Assembly: GCA_020137815.1 (NCBI GenBank) | Contig: CM035359.1 | Location: forward strand, 2,790,001 to 2,854,000 | Length of the DNA stretch: 64,000 bases | Direction: 5' to 3' | DNA from: Hormiphora californensis | Taxonomy: Eukaryota > Animalia > Ctenophora | Part shown: piece by piece, positions 11,665 through 23,897 of the stretch | Position numbering within the stretch: the first letter of the stretch is position 1 | How the letters are laid out: each line of letters begins with the position of its first letter | Notes under the pieces: generated by a model | The model's input: the letters and a program-made list of their open reading frames with translations, nothing else | The model's database searches: none | Told to the model about the DNA's origin: nothing | Program-made: the position numbers and the translations under genes

Positions 11665-14600
11665 TCCATCTCGCTCGCTCTATAGATCCACATCATCTAG
11701 TGTGGGTGAGCTGTAAGGCACCTGGTATAATAATAAGATTGTATTACTAATAAACCTAGGGCAGCAAGAATATTATTTATTTTGTCACATAACATGGATC
11801 CACCAAATATTTTAATTGATAATGTAAAGTATATGATAATACTTTTGGGTCTAAGTAAGTTGAGAACATGAATCATGCTGCCAGACCAAACCCAAAGAAC
11901 CGAGACAAACCCCGCAAAACCAACCTCCAAACCAAACAACCAGCAAACCTCCACCAAACCTCCAAACCTCCAACCTCCAAACCTCCAACAACCTCCAAAC
12001 CTCCACCAAACCTCCACCAACCTCCAAACCTCAACGCAACCTTAACCACACCTAACGCCGCCAAACACCAAGAGATCCGGAACAGCGGAAAGACCGAGAC
12101 CCTCCGTCCACTAAGATGGTAAATGTGGACACTCGCCAGAAACCGAGACTCAGATCGAACTCATCAGCCGTAAACCTGACACCGTTTCGGGGCTTTAATT
12201 CGGTACGGGTACACAAGGTACTAAGTCAGGCGCCCCGGCAATCTCGATAATCTGAGACCACCGTTCGATCTATACCCGTTGCCCGGAATGAATGCGTCGA
12301 CTGGGGTCCCTTACTACCTCCCCCTTTGACAGGTTTATGACAGTAAGGGTACACCCGTCCAAACACACACTCCACTGCGAGGGCGAGTCTCAACCACTTC
12401 ACTGCCTCCACTACTCCACATTCCTGTACTCCCACTCCTTCTTCGCCGAATGGAAGTATATCCACATGGAACAGTGAGCAGCCTCTTTCCCCGTATCCTT
12501 AACCAGCTTCCTAAGACCCCTCCCTCTAAACCCAAGACGAGAAGCTGCTCTAACCAGACTATCCGCCACCTGCCCTCGAGCCCCAACCTCTACCGCCATA
12601 TTAAAACACCTCCACCCATTAGACTCACACTCCCTCTCAAGGGGAGGTGGTATCATTAAGATTTAAGATGTGGCATTTTACTAATTTGGGGATACTAGAA
12701 AATACTTCTAAATTGAGAGTGATTTCAGACTAACAAACCAACCTGTCATCCCCTCCTAATATTTACCCCCGTAGAAGCGTAACATCTCGCTAATGTTTAT
12801 AATAGACCACCCTGCTAACCACCCACTACTAACCACTCTACTAACCACCTCATTTCATTATTTCAGACGGTCCCGGTAAAGAAGGTTGCACCAGTTAAGA
12901 AGGCAATGTTTAGCAGAACCATGATCTGAAACCTGATCCAGTCACCACTACTCCTGCACAAGGTGAGAAGAGCTATAGTATATAGAGAAGAGTATAGTGA
13001 TTAGTGACTTACTTTATTATCCTGCCATTGTGTATACAGTTTGAAACTTTCATCAACAGCTAATCAAGGTAAAACTATAATTATTATTGAGGATGTTTAA
13101 TTAGGGATGTAAATCTTGAAATGTAAGGGTCATATTTCTGACATTGATGAGAGCTCTAAGGCACATTAACAAGCTTCTAGAAGGAGGGCGTAGTAGAATA
13201 TAGGCTTTACAGTAGGGGAGAGAGACAGGGAACTGAAAACCTAGAAATGCCTAATATACTAATAGTGACAGTTTAAAAGTTAGCTTCCCTTTACTTTTTG
13301 TGATTCCTTGTTACTGCTCGTAAATGAAAAGTAAACAGTTTTCTTTGTTAATTTAGTTTAAAGGCCGAAATTGACCGGCTCGTACCCTACTTTTTTTTAA
13401 CAAAAGAGTGTCCCACCTCGAGTGGTTGCCTCCAACTATAATTAAAATTCACTCCCTCACCCAGATGAAGCAATTGTCCCAGTCCCTACTACCACCACTT
13501 CACCCCCTAAATCGGAGTCTGGGGCCCTCAAGAGAAGAGTCCACAGTCAAAGGAAACTGAGGAAAAAGACTGAGAGCAAGTTTATTGAGCAGGTACGTAA
13601 TATAGTTGATGTACTGGCCTTCTGGCCAGTTCTTTGACCGCGGTTTCCGAGAATACGGTCAAGTGTTTGAATAAAACAAAAGGTAGCCGGTACATGAGGG
13701 GTTGAAGTAGTGAAATGAAAATTTCAGTGTGGGGGTTGAAATGGTGAAATGAAAATTTCAGTGAGGGGGTGAAATAATAAAACAATCATTACTGAGGCGC
13801 CACACGGGGGTATTAGCACCGAGTAGTACATGAAGTTGCACCGCACGCAATACCGCGACTGGTATTATACCTCTCAGTACTCTGTTATAGCAGCAGTAGC
13901 TGTAGCAGTACACTAGGCAGTGTACGAATGGGCAGCTGATCCACGTCATCAATTGAAATGGATCATCTTACACATGAGACACGCACAAACAATGTATTTT
14001 ATTAATGATGAATAAACAAGAATAGACTATATTCTATAAGAACATTTTAGTTCATTTCTTGACATAGGGCTGAAGAGAATTATAATCCCTCCCTCTCACT
14101 CCCACAGGTTGATACGAGTGCTATGCCTCCACCAGCCACAACACAACCCTCTAAACAATCTAACCTCCCTCTCACTCCCACAGGTTGATACGAGTGCTAT
14201 GCCTCCACCAGCCACAACACAACCCTGATCTAAACAATCTAACCTCCCTCTCACTCCCACAGGTTGATACGAGTGCTATGCCTCCACCAGCCACAACACA
14301 CACTACAACCACTACCACGACCCCTAAAAAGGGATCCCAGAAGTGCCATGGTTGTGCCCAGTCCGTGTTGGTTATAAAGAGGATCACTATTGAAGGGTAG
14401 GTGAAGTGATAAAAAAGATTTTTGGGTACGAGATCCCCCTCCCTTCTCTCCCTCCTGCGCTGTACCCTCTCGCGATGTCACGTGCGCTACGTCTCTTCCC
14501 AATAAGAGAGGGTAACACCGTTTACCCTTGTTCCATGGGCAGAATTACGCCGCAAAATAAAAGGCGTAATTCAGCCTAAATTTTGCAGAATTCTGCCCAT

Positions 14601-17600
14601 GGAAATAGGGGGTTATACTCAAAGGTGTTCGCAGATCACAATCTCTCTCTTCTTAGGTACGTGTTTCATCGAAAGTGTTTCAAATGTGAGGAATGTGACA
14701 CCCACCTGAAGACATCAACCTACCACCTGATAACACCAACTACAGGATCCAACGAACCAGGTTATTTAATTACACCTAATTAATTAATTATTTTAATTAA
14801 CAATTATAATTGTTTTATCGATAATGGATTTTGCCTTTTTGTGTTTTGCATTCAGCCCTCAGATCTCACGGCCGCCAGATTGCTGCATTTACTCCCCCTA
14901 ATTACCCCTAACTTGCAGGTCGATTTTACTGCAAGACCCACTTCAACGCTATCATCAGTAAGAGTAGGGAGTTAACTAAGGGTAATAGTGGTGGATTAGG
15001 GGATCCGGTGGAGTTGAAGAAAAAGAAGAAATCAGCACGACCAATATCAGGTTTGTTATGGTCAAACACGACCAATATGATTAGGTTCGGCGGAATTTTA
15101 GTAAATGGTGTGGAGAAATGACCCCTCTCTCTTTCTCTCTTTCTGTCCCTCATGAGACCCAGCTCCGGCATGATATATCAAGCTGCTTGCTCCTGTGTAG
15201 TATCACTTGCACCTATCCCTCTTGCACCCCACAGAAATTATCATTCCCTCTACTCGCCCTTACTGTGATTCTATCCCTCTTGCTTGGTCTATCCCTAGAT
15301 TGCCTGTAACCTCGAGCCGTCTCCATCAAATGATTCCAGTTAATTGATTATTTAGTTAAGTCAATTATAAACAGTCCCCGTTATGTGTTATGTATCCACA
15401 ATGGCTGATTTCATCTTCCTAGTGTTTGCTAAGGTGACGACAACTAAAAAGTCAGCTGCCTCCTCCTCCTCTCCTAACCTGCCTGGGAAGCTGCCTGAGG
15501 ATGCCCGGTATAACGATACCGCCCTGACCATTCATTCAGAGAAGAAACGAGACAAGTCACCTGTGTTCAGGTTTGTAATTTGGGGGTCTGGGAAATATCA
15601 TCAAAAATCTGCTCTGAAATTCGTAATTGATGTGCTTTTATACCGTGTGGACCACCATATGTATTCGGTTGTCCCGTGAAACTAAAACTAAAATGTTTTC
15701 CAATTTCCTTTTTAGGATACGGGATCAGGATGTCAAAAAAGATGAAAAACAAGTGAAAGTAAAAACAACAAAGGACCCTGATCAGAACTCCAAGAAACGA
15801 GAACATCAAGTGGAGCCTACACCATCGAAACCAAAACGGAGCAAAGGAGAGGCAAAATCGTGGAGTGATTTGAAGATCAAGAGTACTGTCCAGGTTAGCT
15901 TCAACTAAATTGTAGATTTCAATTTGTAGTAAGGTTAGCTCTGTCAGTTTATATTGATTATTTAGCACCATCATAACGCTGGCAAACGCCCGGGGCCCAT
16001 AAATATATCTTGGTTTATCTTGATGCTGTCTGCAGGTTGTCAGTGGTCCTGATAAAAGCAAGGCTGAACTGAGAACACCTTCACCACCCGCCAACAAGTT
16101 ACCTCAGTATACTGATGGTGAGTAGTTACACCAATTAGTAACACACTAGTATCTCTACACACACTAGTAAAACCTACACTAGTAACACCTACACTAGTAA
16201 CACACGCACTAGTAAAACGTCAGTAAAACACTAGTAACACATGTACACTAGTAACACACGCACTAGTAACATGTCAGTAACACCCACTAGTAACACACGC
16301 ACTAGTAACATGCTAGTAACACACGCACTAGTAACATGTCAGTAACACCCACTAGTAACACACGCACTAGTAACATGCTAGTAACACACGCACTAGTAAC
16401 ATGTCAGTAACACCCACTAGTAACACACGCACTAGTAACATGCTAGTAACACACGCACTAGTAACATGTCAGTAACACCCACTAGTAACATGTCAGTAAC
16501 AGTAACACACGCACTAGTAACATGTCAGTAACACACGCACTAGTAACATGTCAGTAACAGTTGCAGTGAAAATAAGATCGTTTGATGCAATAAATTCTGC
16601 TGAAATTACATGTATGCTCTATGTTACATGTTAAATTGATTTACTATCAAATTAATCTGCTCATCCTAGAGAATAAATAGAACTCACAAATTATGGTTCT
16701 AATAAACAGATTTATGTTGCCAATACATCCCTTGATTATTATCTGTGTTTTTAGCCGTGCCCACAGAGGGGATGGCTGTGTGTAAACCCGTACTGGCAGT
16801 CCCAGCTGGAAATGCAAATGTGACAGTGCGAAAGAAAAGTAAGAATTCAAATTTAGTGTTTTTAATGTTTTCAATTTAAGTGTCCTATAAATTCGAGATT
16901 AAATCATTTATCATGCACAACTACATTTGGTACTGATTTGGTTCTCCGCTCAACGCAGCTCATGTTTTACACACAAAAGGAGGTTAGAACATAACAATTG
17001 TTTTACCCACAGGTGTAAAATCACATCGTGCTCCTGAACCCCCAAAGAAGGCCGAAACACCGAGTCTTATCTCTAATAAAACAGCGGCTGTCATGTCCCC
17101 TTCTACCAATTCAAAGAGGAAACCTGTCCCTATTGCAGCAGGTATATTACACACGTGTTTTGAGCCGGGAGCTAGCTCCCTGTCACTGTAGCGATATATC
17201 ATTTACATACCTTCAAAAGTTTATTTGTTGTTTATTGAATGGGTTTTTTTTCATGTCTTCATCGTTCCTATATCTGTCACCCCCACCTCATCATGTGAAC
17301 CCTGTCAGGCAATTGCCTGACCCTATTTGCTTCAATCACGAAGGCAGGTCAGGCGGGCTAAGTCTGACAGCGTCTATATAACATACATGTGAGGTGGAGT
17401 TGACGGGTTTCACAGACCCTTTTATCAAGTGTAATTTATAATTAATTAGACCTCTTCTTCCTGCAGGAGTAAAAGGAAGACTGCTACCTGCACAACCTGA
17501 CCCTGTCCTAAGGAGATGACACCTGATACAACATCCACCACCTCTCAACACGAGACACAACCAGCTCCTTCAGTAGCAGTATAACGCGTGACACAACGCG

Positions 17601-20600
17601 TGACACAACGCGTGACACGGCTACAACGCGTGATACCACTACAACGTCATCAGTATCGTCACGTACCAGTAGTAGTACACGTGATAGGAGCTGCAGTGTT
17701 GCATCAGCTGCAACAGAACCAGGACGGGCTCCTCCATCTGATGATTCTAGTTGGACTGGGGGATCTGGCAGAGCCGCCAAACCATCAAATAGGGTAAGGT
17801 GTCATATCTATCTCTCCCTCTCTATTTCTCTCTCCTAGATCTATGGGGTTGCAATATGTGGTGCTAAGGTATATCTCAGTTCACTAAATATCTCCAGCTT
17901 GAGATTAAGTTGCTTTAGAGCTCTTTTCTAACCAGCGTTTTGTAGAGGGTGTGGTTTGGGCTAGATATATACTTGTTCTAATTCGTATTTAGTGTATTTT
18001 CTTGTCTTCTCCTATCTTGTGTAACTGTATGTAACCATATATTATGGTCATCACGTGACACTACCACAACACCATATATGGGTATCACGTGACACACAAA
18101 ACTATATATGGGCATCACGTGACACAGAACACCATATATGGGCATCACGTGACACACAACACCATATATGGGCATCACGTGACACACAACACCATATATG
18201 GGCATCACGTGACACAGAACACCATGTATATGGGCATCACGTGACACATGACACCATATATTGGGCATCACGTGACACATGACACCATATATGGGCATCA
18301 CGTGACACACAACACCATATATGGGCATCACGTGACACAGAACACCATATATGGGCATCACGTGACACACAACACCATATATGGGCATCACGTGACACAG
18401 AACACCATGTATATGGGCATCACGTGACACATGACACCATATATTGGGCATCACGTGACACACAACACCATATATGGGCATCACGTGACACACAACACCA
18501 TATATGGGCATCACGTGACACAGAACACCATATATGGGCATCACGTGACACAAAACTTTCCAGGTAATGGCAATGCAAAGGTTTCACACGAGAGCCAGCA
18601 GTGTAACAGATCTGGAGACCTACCTCCCACTCGCAAAACAAAAGTTATCTCAAAAATATCGAAAAGGTGAGTGATTTTTTTGCTACTTTCCCAACTTACT
18701 ATAAAGCCACCTTACTAAAAAAGTGCCCACTTGCCTAACTACTTTTTAACGGCAATTAGCACCGTGAAATCCCGATTCCAGTTGGCCTGCTTCTAATACA
18801 TTCCTGTTCATTATAAACGGGGGGGGGGGGGGGGGGGGCGGTTGAAGTTTTTGAAGTTTTCCACCCTACTTTTTGAGTTTTTGAAGTTTTTGAAGTTGAC
18901 TTCAAAAACTTCAAAAACTCTAAACTACTTTTATATGCTATCAGTGACTATTATTACACTTGTTTAGGTTAGTTTCATGCTTCATACATATTGTGGCAAA
19001 GTTATCCGTCCTTGTCTGCCCTTTTTCTACCACAAATTAGGATATTTACAATGATTCCTAGCCATGAAATCCATGGCACAATTTGGTGTAAAAAATTTAA
19101 TTTTTTTTGTAAAAACAGATTTCATTTCCATTCTATAACTCAAATAGTTGCCTAGAAAATGTTAAGAAAGTGTTTAAAAATTATGAAGTAAATTTTCAAA
19201 AATTTTTTGGGGCCACACCCTTTTTGCCTGTTTCACAAAATGCAAATTTTTTATTAAGGGAGTAGTGAAAAAAAATATGGACACCAAAATCATCAGCGGC
19301 CTCGAGTTTATATAAGAGTTATGAAGCAACATAGGGCCTATCTCCAACGGTTTAGGAGATATGAGTTTTTGAAGTTTTTGAAGTTTTCCACCCTAAGTTT
19401 CTCTTTGAAGTTTTTGAAGTTGACTTCTAAAACTTCAAAAACTTCAGCCGGCCCCCCTCCTTATAAACTCACCCTCCTCCTCTCTCCCAGAAGCCAAATT
19501 GGAGGAAGACAAGCCTATGTCGGTGAAAGATCGTATAGCTCAGTATTCCCGTCCGGGTAGCAGTGCATCACCATCCCCTGTTGTTGATTCTCCTCCACAA
19601 TCAACAGAGAAGAAGAGGGTGGCTGTTGGTGTTGCTTTGAAGAATACTGTGTCGAGAGATAAGAAGATCGTGACGTCATCAAGGTATACAAACACACAAA
19701 CAAACAAACAAGCAAACAAATAAACAAACAAACAAACAAACAAACAAATAAACAAACAAACACACAAACAAACAAACAAACAAACAAACAAACAAACAAA
19801 CAAACAAACAAACACACAGGCACACACTCGAATACACGCCTTACTCATTGCTGCAGCAATTCGTTTGCCTTGCTCGACCCTTTGAACAAAATAATAATTC
19901 GTTTCTAAACTTTCTCCGCTTCGTAGGTCGAAGATTGAGATCGATGGTAGTCTGAGAAAGTCTACAAGTATCAGAAAGAGAAGACCGCGATTAAAACCTA
20001 ATCACCGGCGACTTGTACAAGCCCAGACAATTCAGGTATTTGTTAATTGGTCTCTAATTAGCTATTATAATACTTTCCATTTCTTGCATTAGCAATTTAG
20101 TTCTACTGGTTTACCCTTTTCAGAGAGATCGAAGTATCTTAGAACAGAAAATGACAGATTTTGAGCAGCAAGCCGCTGATATTGAGCAACAGCTTCGTAC
20201 ACCGGGTAGGTAACTTAATGTTAACCACGTTACCATGGTAACTGAATGTCAACCACGTTACCATGGTAACTGTACCATGATAACGCGTGAGTTGTAGCTT
20301 GTTACCATGTTGTGTTTTTAAATCATATGAGCAGATTTTTATGTGAGAATGGCTGATTATAACGTGACGTTGAAGCACTGAGACATGTTTGTAAATTACC
20401 CGTTTTTAATTAAAATTGTGTCAGTTATATTGTACAACAAATATTATTTCTACCGTTTTTAATTTATTATTGATCGTGTATCTGTAATTTCCTCGTGCGT
20501 CAAAGCCCCCGGTGTGTGGTCCTTCTGTTTTTATCAACATTTCTTTCTCTTTATATAGCTATGCATGGCCAACACGTTTCAAAGCCCCGTGAAATATTCA

Positions 20601-22169
20601 ACAAACAGCAGCTACGTTTCATGACTAATTGTGGTCAATTGATATTATCTAAAGTGTCCCTCTCCATGGGTCCTACTACAGCATGCCGTACCCCTCCCAA
20701 ACTATTTGGTCCCTCCCCTCGTCCCTTATTCCTAACATCCTAACAGTAACACATCTCCCCATCCCGCCCCACAGAAAACTCTCACGATGACGCGTTGTTA
20801 TCACAGTTCCTGGAGGTGGTGAACATCAAGAACAACCTGACTAGGAGGGAGAATGAACTTCATCTCTGCGAAAAGTAGGCCACCATACCGATATCTATAT
20901 ATTCTACCCTCCAATTCTCTAGTCAGATTAATTCTGATCATAGAATTGGAGGAGGGTTGGCTAACTCCCCGATCACTCGGGGGAGTATGGTTAGATCATA
21001 GTACCACACTTTTTTAATTCTTACATAAATTCTGAGAGTGTTAGAACATAACAAACAACGACAGCTCAATGACCGATCACACCCCCATGACAGGTATCTG
21101 CAGTTACTCGATGAACAGGATCAGTTGGAAGCTGAGTTACGATACACAATGGACCTACCAGGTAATTAGCTGAGTTAATTAATAATTAACTGAGTTAATC
21201 AGACAACCCCGTTTTGATTTTATTCTGGAAAAAATAGCAGTTTTTGGCTTGTGCTGGACAAGGTTCAGAATTATATTTGGACGTTTTCCAATTTATCCCA
21301 ATTAAGTTAGTTAATTATCCCAACTAAAAGTCAATCAATTATCCCAATTAAGTGAATTAATTATCTCCATAGAAACGATAAAATCCCTTGATGAGAAGGT
21401 TGAGGAGGAGGAGCTGATTTTGAGAAAGTTCGATGTTGTCAATAGAAGGGATTACCTCCTGACTCAGTTACATGAGGACAAGAAAAGGTAATTATACCGG
21501 GACTGTTATTTGTTATGTTCTAACCCTCCCTTTACATTTGTAAAAGGCGGGGCGCCCGAAACACAGTCTAGCCAGGCAAGGATGGGACTGTTATAACACA
21601 GTCCCAACCCGATTTACCGGACCTCAATTTACCGGACTTCCACTTTCTTTATAGTTACCCCCTAGCCTCACACTATATCCCATTTCCCTGTAGGGAAGGG
21701 GATCGAGTCAAACCCTCTACACCCCCCTTCCCACAATATCTTATCTAATTTTCTAATTTTCTCCTGTGTATAGAGAGGAAGAGGAGGACGAGCGAATTAA
21801 AAAGATGCTAACCAGTAAGGGGATCCACTCAAACAAGTACGGGTATAACAGTGACTGTTTCATTACGATAGAGGACCTGTTGGAGGCTAATGGGGAAGAT
21901 AGTGGGTACAATGATGAGATAGATGAACCTCCACCAGACCAGGTGAATGTTTTAATCAGTCAAGTGATACATTGTTTGTCAATGACTGTTGTCTGTTCTT
22001 GATAATATAAAGTCTCCACCCCATATCATACTATTTTGTCTTGGGTGACAATTCTATTCCCTGCAATTGTAATCTAACTTCTAATTATTAGGTGACGATG
22101 AGGAAGAAGGAGCCCTCAGAGGAGAATGCCATCGCCAAATTCTTCAACAGGCTTAGCATTTTCAGCTAG
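126..22169 (+). CDS. MICAL: MICAL family F-actin methionine monooxygenase (FAD monooxygenase + CH + LIM + bMERB); multi-exon, 5' part upstream of the window
   Basis: GT-AG exons spliced by hand. Monooxygenase: 126-211 ([29 protein letters not shown]), 2193-2324 ([26 protein letters not shown]), 4777-4903, 5108-5235 ([20 protein letters not shown]), 5359-5561 ([15 protein letters not shown]). Then 5754-5830 and 7290-7460. CH domain: 7643-7777, 7879-7948, 8093-8153, 8298-8417 ([18 protein letters not shown]). Then 12867-12962 and 13465-13592. LIM: 14263-14396, 14657-14760, 14919-15050 ([21 protein letters not shown]). Linker: 15423-15570, 15716-15893, 16036-16117, 17013-17141, 17467-17793, 18564-18666, 19491-19683. 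bMERB coiled coil: 19927-20035, 20124-20205, 20775-20874, 21094-21161, 21373-21487, 21774-21942. Last exon 22092-22169 (TAG). Exons 12867 and 17467 contain apparent indels. Confidence 0.93.
236..1028. mobile_element. 793-bp MITE with long (about 290 bp) terminal inverted repeats, TA-flanked, in the first MICAL intron of the window
   Basis: TAGTAGAGTCGATAACTACATCGACC at 236 is mirrored by GGTCGATGTAGTTATCGACTCTACTA ending at 1028. A near-identical copy lies at 29443-30235 in the opposite orientation. Confidence 0.9.
1101..2186 (+). repeat. 16-bp minisatellite (ACTAACATCCCATCTC)n, about 67 units
   Basis: Read directly. Minor variants are CCCGTCTGAC and CCTGTCTCAC. The array ends a few nt before the acceptor AG at 2191-2192. 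Confidence 0.95.
2422..4675. mobile_element. Non-autonomous piggyBac-like element with a large internal foldback
   Basis: TTAA at 2418-2421 and 4676-4679 flanks the terminal inverted repeat CCCTTTGACGGCGA / TCGCCGTCAAAGGG. Internal inverted arms lie at about 2766-3535 and 3768-4541, each with three roughly 120-bp subrepeats. No transposase ORF. Confidence 0.8.
6371..6529. mobile_element. Small Tc1/mariner-type MITE
   Basis: TA-CAGTCGGACCCCGATTTAGTGGCA at the left end and TGCCACTAAATCGGGGTCCGACTG-TA at the right, with internal GCCACTAAATCGGGG repeats. Degenerate relatives occur near 8170-8224 and 21598. Confidence 0.8.
8633..11219 (-). CDS. Galactose-3-O-sulfotransferase family (GAL3ST-like) type II Golgi membrane protein, nested antisense in the MICAL intron 8418-12866
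   Basis: Exons 11219-10463 (N-terminal TM segment [17 protein letters not shown], acidic S/T stem, PAPS-binding motif [11 protein letters not shown]; one frameshift near 11056), 10339-10181 (LIREP), 10089-9928 (NRQSQDLG), 9797-9591 ([18 protein letters not shown]), 9367-9205 (DIRLYERF), 9028-8894, and 8776-8633 (TGA). Splice phases are consistent. Confidence 0.85.
11304..11350. promoter_or_regulatory. CCAAT / E-box (GTCACGTGAC) / CCAAT module upstream of the sulfotransferase ATG
   Basis: CCAAT at 11304, GTCACGTGAC at 11326-11335 and CCAAT at 11346, about 85-130 bp from the ATG at 11219. Confidence 0.45.
12120..12656 (-). mobile_element. 3' fragment of an RLE-type (R2/R4/HERO/NeSL-like) non-LTR retrotransposon
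   Basis: ORF 12411-12656 reads [31 protein letters not shown]. The VEVGARG motif and terminal WI match the restriction-like endonuclease C-terminus. A GC-richer putative 3' UTR follows, then an (AACCTCC)-type repeat at about 11880-12060. Confidence 0.7.
16136..16558 (+). repeat. Intronic minisatellite built from CACTAGTAAC / CATGTCAGTAAC units
   Basis: Read directly; starts just after the donor at 16118. Confidence 0.9.
18050..18552 (+). repeat. 30-bp minisatellite (CACCATATATGGGCATCACGTGACACACAA)n, about 17 units
   Basis: Read directly; ends about 10 nt before the acceptor at 18562-18563. It generates the spurious [10 protein letters not shown] ORFs. Confidence 0.95.
18819..19460. mobile_element. 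Non-autonomous DNA transposon with G/C-run termini and an 8-bp target-site duplication
   Basis: TTATAAAC occurs at 18811-18818 and 19461-19468. The ends G(n)CGGTTGAAGTTTTTGAAGTTTT and AAAACTTCAAAAACTTCAGCCGGCCCCC are inverted. An 8-bp duplication with GG termini is Merlin/hAT-like; superfamily uncertain. Confidence 0.75.
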
Positions 22170-23897
22170 CATTTGGTTACTACAGCTGTCAATACAGAGT
22201 TTAGATCTACTGGAATTAAAGTGGATGATATGAATGTATTTGAAAGGACATTGTGTATTATATTGGACACTGAATTAATTGGGAGTGCTGTGTGTGAGTT
22301 TTTGTACAGAATAATAATGAAACTTCAGCACCCGCTGAGTGAATAATAAAATCCTGACCCTCGCTAAAAGGACAGCGGAGAGTTCTTTAGTTAATCCGGC
22401 AGCGCCAGTAAAATCGAGAAGTTCTAATTGACTCAGAGAGAGAGAAACTTGATGTTTTTGTGTTTGTAACGATCAACCAGTTTTTTTTCTGTAGTTTTTA
22501 ATAAGAAATCCTGTGAAATTTTATATTTTCTTTTTCTCTGCGGGCAAGCGACATGCCCATTTTTAGAGCTGACTTGTTTAACCTATTGTTTAATGTGATG
22601 GGTCCTTGGTCCGCAGCTGTCTCAGTGTCTGGTACCGCGGACCCCATCTGATTCTGAGCACAATGCATTGCAATGACTCAGTTAAGTGACTGTGCTGACT
22701 CTTAGTAGAGAATCAAAACGGGGTCTGGCACCACTGGTTACCCGGTCTTGTCCTAGGTCTTACTCTTAATAATCTTAATAAGATACAGACTATAGTCGAC
22801 TATGGCCCTAAAAAGACTTCGGCCACCACGTGGGATAATGATTGGTTGGTTGGGATTACGTGGGATTATGTCACTGTCAGGGAGAGTTGTTTTCAGTTTT
22901 CATCGGTGTTAAGCTCACCCTTGTGGAAATTTAATGGAGCGCGCGAACAAGTAATAACTGCGACGGCGCGGATAAAGTTAATGTGCGGCGCGCAGATTGC
23001 AAAAAAATCTCAAACTTGAAACTATTTAATTAAAACATCAATTTTTGAGACACTTTTCTCGAATTTTCCTCCTTTTCTCTTCACGCCTCACGGTCCAAAG
23101 TTTGGAATGCGCTGCATCATTCCTGCAGCGTATGCCAAATCTGAAGTGAAAGTTCGGATGGGTCGGGTTGTTTCGTATTTTCTGCATGGCAGAGCCGCCC
23201 CTGGATTATGTAGCCCATCAGCGACAGGGAATTATACTTCCATTTTTGATTTTCCAGGCCCCTCATAGAGCCTCATAGAGAGGCCTGCAGCGTTTTAAAG
23301 CAAACTTAAGCTATGGCGATATTTTAGTCATTTGAGAATCCGCTTGGGATTTGTTTTACTGATAGCATTTCTGCTGGCAATTAGCGGCGACAGTAGAAAA
23401 ATTGACCCGGGACCAGTTGGGGTAAACTTGAGGAGATGAAATTTGTAATGAAATGAGAGATCCATTGGATCGCTTGGTTACCTCCTTGTTAAACAAGCAT
23501 TGAAACTGGAGGGAGTAACTCATATACGGTGCGGCACATAAGTGTGGTTGTATCTGATTTTTCGAAATGACCAGTTGGTCTATTAAACAGTATTCACGAC
23601 ATATTAATTGGATTCGTGATCTTCGGATCAACTGCACGAAATCAAGTGATGGCACTTCCGTACCGTTGAACGGTCGGTTTATCAGTGACATGTTGCAATA
23701 ATGCTATAAATCTTGATAATATTGAACAGACGGTTTGAAGTAGGCTCCACCGCTTTTGTATGTCGTTAGAGTAGCCAGTGTGTTTTTAGAATATGTAATT
23801 ACTGCTCTAATAGTTTAGGCTATAAAGCAGAATATAAAATGTTTTGTAATGATGATATGTGTTACAAACTCGCCCTGAAGCTGTTGCATGTTATCAC

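Noticed and set aside
12155-12195. Hammerhead ribozyme on the - strand (CGAAAC ... CTGATGAG)
   Set aside because: The spacing leaves no room for stem I, and I could not build a stem II.
17467-17793. Frameshifts and stops in MICAL exon 17467-17793, sulfotransferase exon 1 (about 11056), the POU last exon and the RhoGEF exon end at 63289, read as pseudogenisation or programmed frameshifting
   Set aside because: Each is repaired by one- or two-base indels, mostly at short homopolymers. The rest of each gene is intact and the assembly is visibly noisy, so consensus errors are more likely.
17978-18670. Repetitive [10 protein letters not shown] / [10 protein letters not shown] ORFs
   Set aside because: Products of a 30-bp intronic minisatellite; the frames break at unit-length variants.
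23356-23691. 111-aa - strand ORF
   Set aside because: No recognisable motif or supporting splice structure; cannot be supported without a database search.
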